The translations under genes were made by a program, and so were the position numbers. The notes under the pieces are model-generated. The model was given only the letters and a program-made list of their open reading frames with translations. It was not told where the DNA came from and searched no databases. From a bacterium (GTDB lineage Bacteria; Margulisbacteria; WOR-1; CAVSGV01), in the NCBI GenBank assembly GCA_043820455.1, contig JBDRDU010000066.1, positions 1 through 45,513 of the forward strand: a stretch of 45,513 nt of DNA, given 5' to 3'. Of the stretch, positions 42,203 to 45,513 are shown piece by piece. Numbering within the stretch: position 1 is the first letter of the stretch; each line of letters starts with the position of its first letter.

Positions 42203-42670
42203 ATGGCGCGCGAACAAAGACCGGGCAAATTTAAATATACTCTTGAGACCGTTCTCAGGGTAAGAGGGATAAAAGAGCGGAGGGAATCGGAAAAATTTGC
42301 CGAAAAACAAAGAGAATATTTAACTGAAAAGCAAAAAGAAGAACAGCTTGAGGAGGAAAAAAAGGAAAAAGAGGGCGAATTGAAGCATATCATCAAGAAA
42401 GGGCCGATATCCCAGTTCGAAAAAGTGCTGAGACGCCATGCGCATCTTGGCGTATTAAGGAAAGATATCGACGAACAAATAGAAAAAGTGATAGACGCTT
42501 CGAAGCGTCTTGAGGGCCAGAGGGCGAAGCTTATCGAGTCAATGAAGGAAAGGAAGATCATTGAAAAAGACAAAGGGCACAGGCTGGATGATTACGAGAA
42601 AATGATGAAAAACCTTGAGATCAAATTCCTGGATGAAATAGCGACACAGCGCTTTAAGCGAGGGCTTTAG
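42203..42670 (+). CDS. fliJ: Flagellar export chaperone/stalk protein FliJ.
   Basis: 155-aa all-helical, charged product directly after fliI. FKYTLETVLRVR... at the N-terminus and ...EIKFLDEIA near the C-terminus are typical. Confidence 0.75.
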   Translation: MAREQRPGKFKYTLETVLRVRGIKERRESEKFAEKQREYLTEKQKEEQLEEEKKEKEGELKHIIKKGPISQFEKVLRRHAHLGVLRKDIDEQIEKVIDASKRLEGQRAKLIESMKERKIIEKDKGHRLDDYEKMMKNLEIKFLDEIATQRFKRGL

Positions 42671-42845
42671 TTACGCGGCCGGCTTTCAGGCACTTGGTGC
42701 AGACATAAACCTTCTTTATTTTTTTCCCGACAACGATGCGGATATGCTGCAGATTCGGCAGCCACAGTCTTTTCGATTTCCTGTTCGAATGGCTCACTTT
42801 GTTGCCGACGCTCGGCTTTTTCTTGCAAATAAAACAAATTCTCAT
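42654..42845 (-). CDS. rpmB: 50S ribosomal protein L28 (Cys-containing, zinc-ribbon type).
   Basis: MRICFICKKKPSVGNKVSHSNRKSKRLWLPNLQ... is colinear with bacterial L28. It has CxxC at residues 4-7 and CTKC near the C-terminus. Its 3' end overlaps the fliJ 3' end by 17 nt. Confidence 0.9.
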   Translation of the reverse strand: MRICFICKKKPSVGNKVSHSNRKSKRLWLPNLQHIRIVVGKKIKKVYVCTKCLKAGRVTKALA

Positions 42846-42941
42846 GGGATGCAGTGTATCATATGATCCTTTTTATTTCAACCCTCAAGCGAAACGAAAG
42901 CATGCAGCGCATTACTTCATGGCGAACTTTGTGATAAAATA

Positions 42942-44963
42942 GTGACCCTTATGCAGCAGACCCAAGTTCGGTACCTCAAAGGCGTGGGGCCAAAATTGGC
43001 CGAGATCCTGTCAAAAATAGGCATTGAAACAGTTGAAGACCTTATTTATCACTTTCCCAGAGAATATGAGGATAGGCGCAACCCTGTGCCGGTCGCAAAA
43101 CTTGTCCCGGGCATGGAATCGCTAATAAAAGTCAAATTAATGAAAATATCCGCGGGCCGGACCAAAAGGAACTTCTCGATAATAAAAGGGAAGGTCAAGG
43201 ATGATTCAGGAGGGGCAAGCGTGATATGGTTCAACCAGCCTTTTCTTACCAGAGTGCTTAAGCCTGGAATTTCTTTGTTCATATCGGGGAAGCTTGAGAA
43301 CGATCCATATTCCGGGGAAATAACGTTCGTTCCAAGGAATTACGATATCATCAATGATCTTAACAGGGAAGATCTGATAGTTCCGAGATACGGCCTTACG
43401 GAGGGAGTTACGCAGAAGGCGCTCAGGCGGATAATTAAGGCCGCGATACAGGGACACGTCAATTCGATCACTGATCCAATACCCGATATTATCAAAAAGA
43501 AATTCAATCTGCCCCCGCTCAAGGAATCTATAATCAACCTGCACTTCCCTAAAGAAATGAACATTATTGCGAATGCCAGGCATCGGCTTGCGTTCGATGA
43601 ACTCCTTAATTTTGAACTTGGCCTTTTTTATAACAGGAAAAAGATCAATGGAACTTCGGGGATCTCTTTTGACCCGGAAGGGGAGCTTGTTGAAAAATTC
43701 AAGAAGATGCTTCCTTTTTCATTCACCTCAGCCCAGGAGATGGTCTTGAAAGAGATATTGGCGGACATGAAGAACAGCAGGGTGATGAACAGGATGGTAC
43801 AGGGAGATGTGGGATGCGGAAAGACAATTGTGGCGCTCTATGCAATGGTCGTGGCAGTCTCCAGCGGATATCAGGCGGCGATCATGGCGCCAACAGAAAT
43901 ATTGGCAACCCAGCATTACAAAAAGATATCGGGCTTTGTCAATGACATAGGGATAGAAGTATTGCTGCTGACCGGAAGCGAGAGGAAGAACAGGAAAGAG
44001 ATCTTGAGCAAATTGGAAGGTGCAAAACCTCTAATAATAATCGGAACGCATGCTTTAATTGAAGAGCAGGTAAAATTCGGCCGGCTCGGGCTTGTCGTGA
44101 TAGATGAACAGCACAGGTTCGGGGTGGAACAGAGATTGAAGCTTCGGCAAAAATCCAAAAAGCTTGATCTTATTGTTATGACCGCTACGCCGATACCCAG
44201 GACGCTTGCGCTTACCTTATATGGCGACCTTGATAGGTCCGTGATCGACGAGATGCCGCCCGGAAGAATCAATATCATTACAAGATACGTTCAGGACAAG
44301 GAAAGGGCCAAGCTATATAGCTTTGTGAATGGACAGATCGCGGCAGGACGTCAAGCTTATGTCGTGTGCCCGCTTATCGAGGAATCCGAGAAGATCGATC
44401 TTAAGGCTGCCCAGGAAGAAGCGGAAGCTCTCAAAAAAATATTTCCCGAATATCAGATCGGCCTTATTCACGGAAGAATGAAGGGAGAGCATAAAGACAA
44501 GATAATGGCTGATTTTCTCGGCGGAAAGATAAAGATCCTTGTTTCAACCACCGTAATAGAGGTTGGAATAGATGTCCCTAATTCCACGATCATGATAATA
44601 GAGCACAGTGAACGTTTCGGCCTTTCACAGCTCCATCAGCTGCGCGGCCGGATCGGAAGAGGGATGGAGCAGTCATATTGCTTCTTAACGGGAAATCCCG
44701 GTAATGACGCGGCAAAAGGAAGGATAGAAGCGATGCTAAAGACCACCGACGGCTTCAAGATCGCAGAAGCGGACCTGAAGCTCCGCGGGCCCGGAGAGTT
44801 TTTGGGTGTTCGACAGTCGGGTTTGCCAAATTTCCGCGTAGCTGATATAATTAATGATGAGGGAACGATAAGAGAAGCCAGAGAAGCGGCTTTGATGCTG
44901 ATAGATGCGGGCTTTTCCCCTCAAAGTTTCAACATTAGAATTTGGGGCAATAAGCTAGAGTGA
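42942..44963 (+). CDS. recG: ATP-dependent DNA helicase RecG.
   Basis: N-terminal wedge region (YLKGVGPKLAEIL...), helicase motifs GDVGCGKT, DEQHRFG and TATPIPRT, plus the TRG-motif region. The start is either GTG 42942 or ATG 42951. Confidence 0.9.
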   Translation: MTLMQQTQVRYLKGVGPKLAEILSKIGIETVEDLIYHFPREYEDRRNPVPVAKLVPGMESLIKVKLMKISAGRTKRNFSIIKGKVKDDSGGASVIWFNQPFLTRVLKPGISLFISGKLENDPYSGEITFVPRNYDIINDLNREDLIVPRYGLTEGVTQKALRRIIKAAIQGHVNSITDPIPDIIKKKFNLPPLKESIINLHFPKEMNIIANARHRLAFDELLNFELGLFYNRKKINGTSGISFDPEGELVEKFKKMLPFSFTSAQEMVLKEILADMKNSRVMNRMVQGDVGCGKTIVALYAMVVAVSSGYQAAIMAPTEILATQHYKKISGFVNDIGIEVLLLTGSERKNRKEILSKLEGAKPLIIIGTHALIEEQVKFGRLGLVVIDEQHRFGVEQRLKLRQKSKKLDLIVMTATPIPRTLALTLYGDLDRSVIDEMPPGRINIITRYVQDKERAKLYSFVNGQIAAGRQAYVVCPLIEESEKIDLKAAQEEAEALKKIFPEYQIGLIHGRMKGEHKDKIMADFLGGKIKILVSTTVIEVGIDVPNSTIMIIEHSERFGLSQLHQLRGRIGRGMEQSYCFLTGNPGNDAAKGRIEAMLKTTDGFKIAEADLKLRGPGEFLGVRQSGLPNFRVADIINDEGTIREAREAALMLIDAGFSPQSFNIRIWGNKLE

Positions 44964-45513
44964 GAGTAATAGCTGGACTCGCAAAAGGGAAAAAACTGCG
45001 TTTTCCACGGCTTTCGAAGGACAAGAGGCTTCGTCCGTTGACGGGAAGGGTAAAAGAAGCCCTTTTTAACATTCTTGTCAGGGAAAATCAAGATGCCAGG
45101 TTCCTCGATCTATTTGCCGGCACAGGGTCCGTGGGGATCGAAGCTTTATCCCGAGGAGCCGGTCTTGCGATCTTTGTTGAATTTGACCGGAAAATAGTCC
45201 AAACATTGAGGGAAAATCTTGCTCTTGCAGGGTTTTCTGACAGGGCGGAAGTTTACTGCCTTGATGTCATGAAGGCAGTAAAGGTGATCGATAAGTCCCA
45301 AGGCAAGTTCGATATAGTATTTATTGGGGCTCCTTATGCCGTGCCTGCCGGCAGGCAGGGAAGCCCGGTGCTTGAAGAAGCATTGAAGACAATAGCCGGG
45401 ACAAACATAGTTGACGATAACGGTGTGGTTGTAGCCGAGCACAGCGTCAGGGATAAGATATTGGATTCTTACGGCAAGCTGGCAAAATACAGGGATGCTA
45501 AGTACGGGGACAC
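44960..45513 (+). CDS. rsmD: 16S rRNA (guanine-N2)-methyltransferase RsmD-like, 3'-truncated by the window edge.
   Basis: Hand translation from GTG 44960, which overlaps the recG stop, gives MRVIAGLAKGKKLRFP...LRPLTGRVKEALFNIL...FLDLFAGTGSVGIEALSRGA...FDIVFIGAPY.... The frame stays open to the window end. The ORF is absent from the ORF track because it has no stop codon. Confidence 0.75.
   Translation, partial: MRVIAGLAKGKKLRFPRLSKDKRLRPLTGRVKEALFNILVRENQDARFLDLFAGTGSVGIEALSRGAGLAIFVEFDRKIVQTLRENLALAGFSDRAEVYCLDVMKAVKVIDKSQGKFDIVFIGAPYAVPAGRQGSPVLEEALKTIAGTNIVDDNGVVVAEHSVRDKILDSYGKLAKYRDAKYGD
45343..45361. repeat. Copy 2 of the 19-nt palindromic repeat (TGCCTGCCGGCAGGCAGGG), inside the rsmD coding sequence.
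   Basis: It is identical to 29205..29223. The 16-nt core at 45343..45358 is perfectly self-complementary. Here it is translated as VPAGRQG. Confidence 0.85.

Noticed and set aside
38655-42573. Minus-strand ORFs opposite fliF, fliG/fliH, fliI and fliJ: 38655..39170, 39824..40126, 40966..41613 (215 aa) and 42163..42573.
   Set aside because: They are antisense to high-confidence flagellar CDSs, including the highly conserved FliI ATPase. Their composition (Ser/Pro/Phe-rich) mirrors the Glu/Lys/Gly-rich sense strand.

Overview
The window is a 45.5-kb, gene-dense, almost entirely plus-strand chromosomal segment from a flagellated diderm bacterium that uses the standard genetic code. Taxonomy cannot be assigned without a database search. 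SLH domains, L/P-ring genes and a Cys-less FlgH suggest a lineage that tethers its outer membrane through SLH domains. There are three blocks.

(1) Positions 1-17.7 kb hold a cell-surface locus:
- a 5'-truncated giant FN3-repeat protein;
- a 1734-aa IPT/Ig/CBM-like protein that contains a 1.6-kb internal tandem duplication;
- an outer-membrane barrel (PorV/PorQ-like) fused to six C-terminal SLH domains;
- a tiny Cys-less CsoR/RcnR-family regulator flanked by inverted repeats;
- a PQQ-type beta-propeller protein.
The 1734-aa protein and the propeller protein share a 'PNPFNP...' C-terminal sorting-type domain. This locus is my best candidate for an undescribed surface-display or anchoring system.

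(2) Positions 17.7-30 kb hold housekeeping genes, many with overlapping stop and start codons: thiC-thiL, an M20 peptidase, a Nudix hydrolase, xerD, an M50 protease, folC, a SPOR protein, mreBCD-mrdA and rplY.

(3) Positions 30-42.7 kb hold a collinear flagellar block: a fliK-like gene, a flhB-C-like gene, then flgF-flgG-flgA-panD-flgH-flgI-flgJ(N)-fliA-flgB-flgC-fliE-fliF-fliG-fliH-fliI-fliJ. It has several oddities: panD is embedded in the operon, FlgH has no lipobox Cys, FliF appears to lack the beta-collar insertion, and FliG stops after its middle domain.

The window ends with rpmB (minus strand), recG and a 3'-truncated rsmD.

Small dispersed sequence elements are also present: a 19-nt palindromic repeat, A-arm/T-arm hairpin modules that are translated as signal peptides, and a 32-nt motif shared upstream of two surface-protein genes. 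I found no rRNA or tRNA genes, CRISPR arrays, transposases or phage genes.
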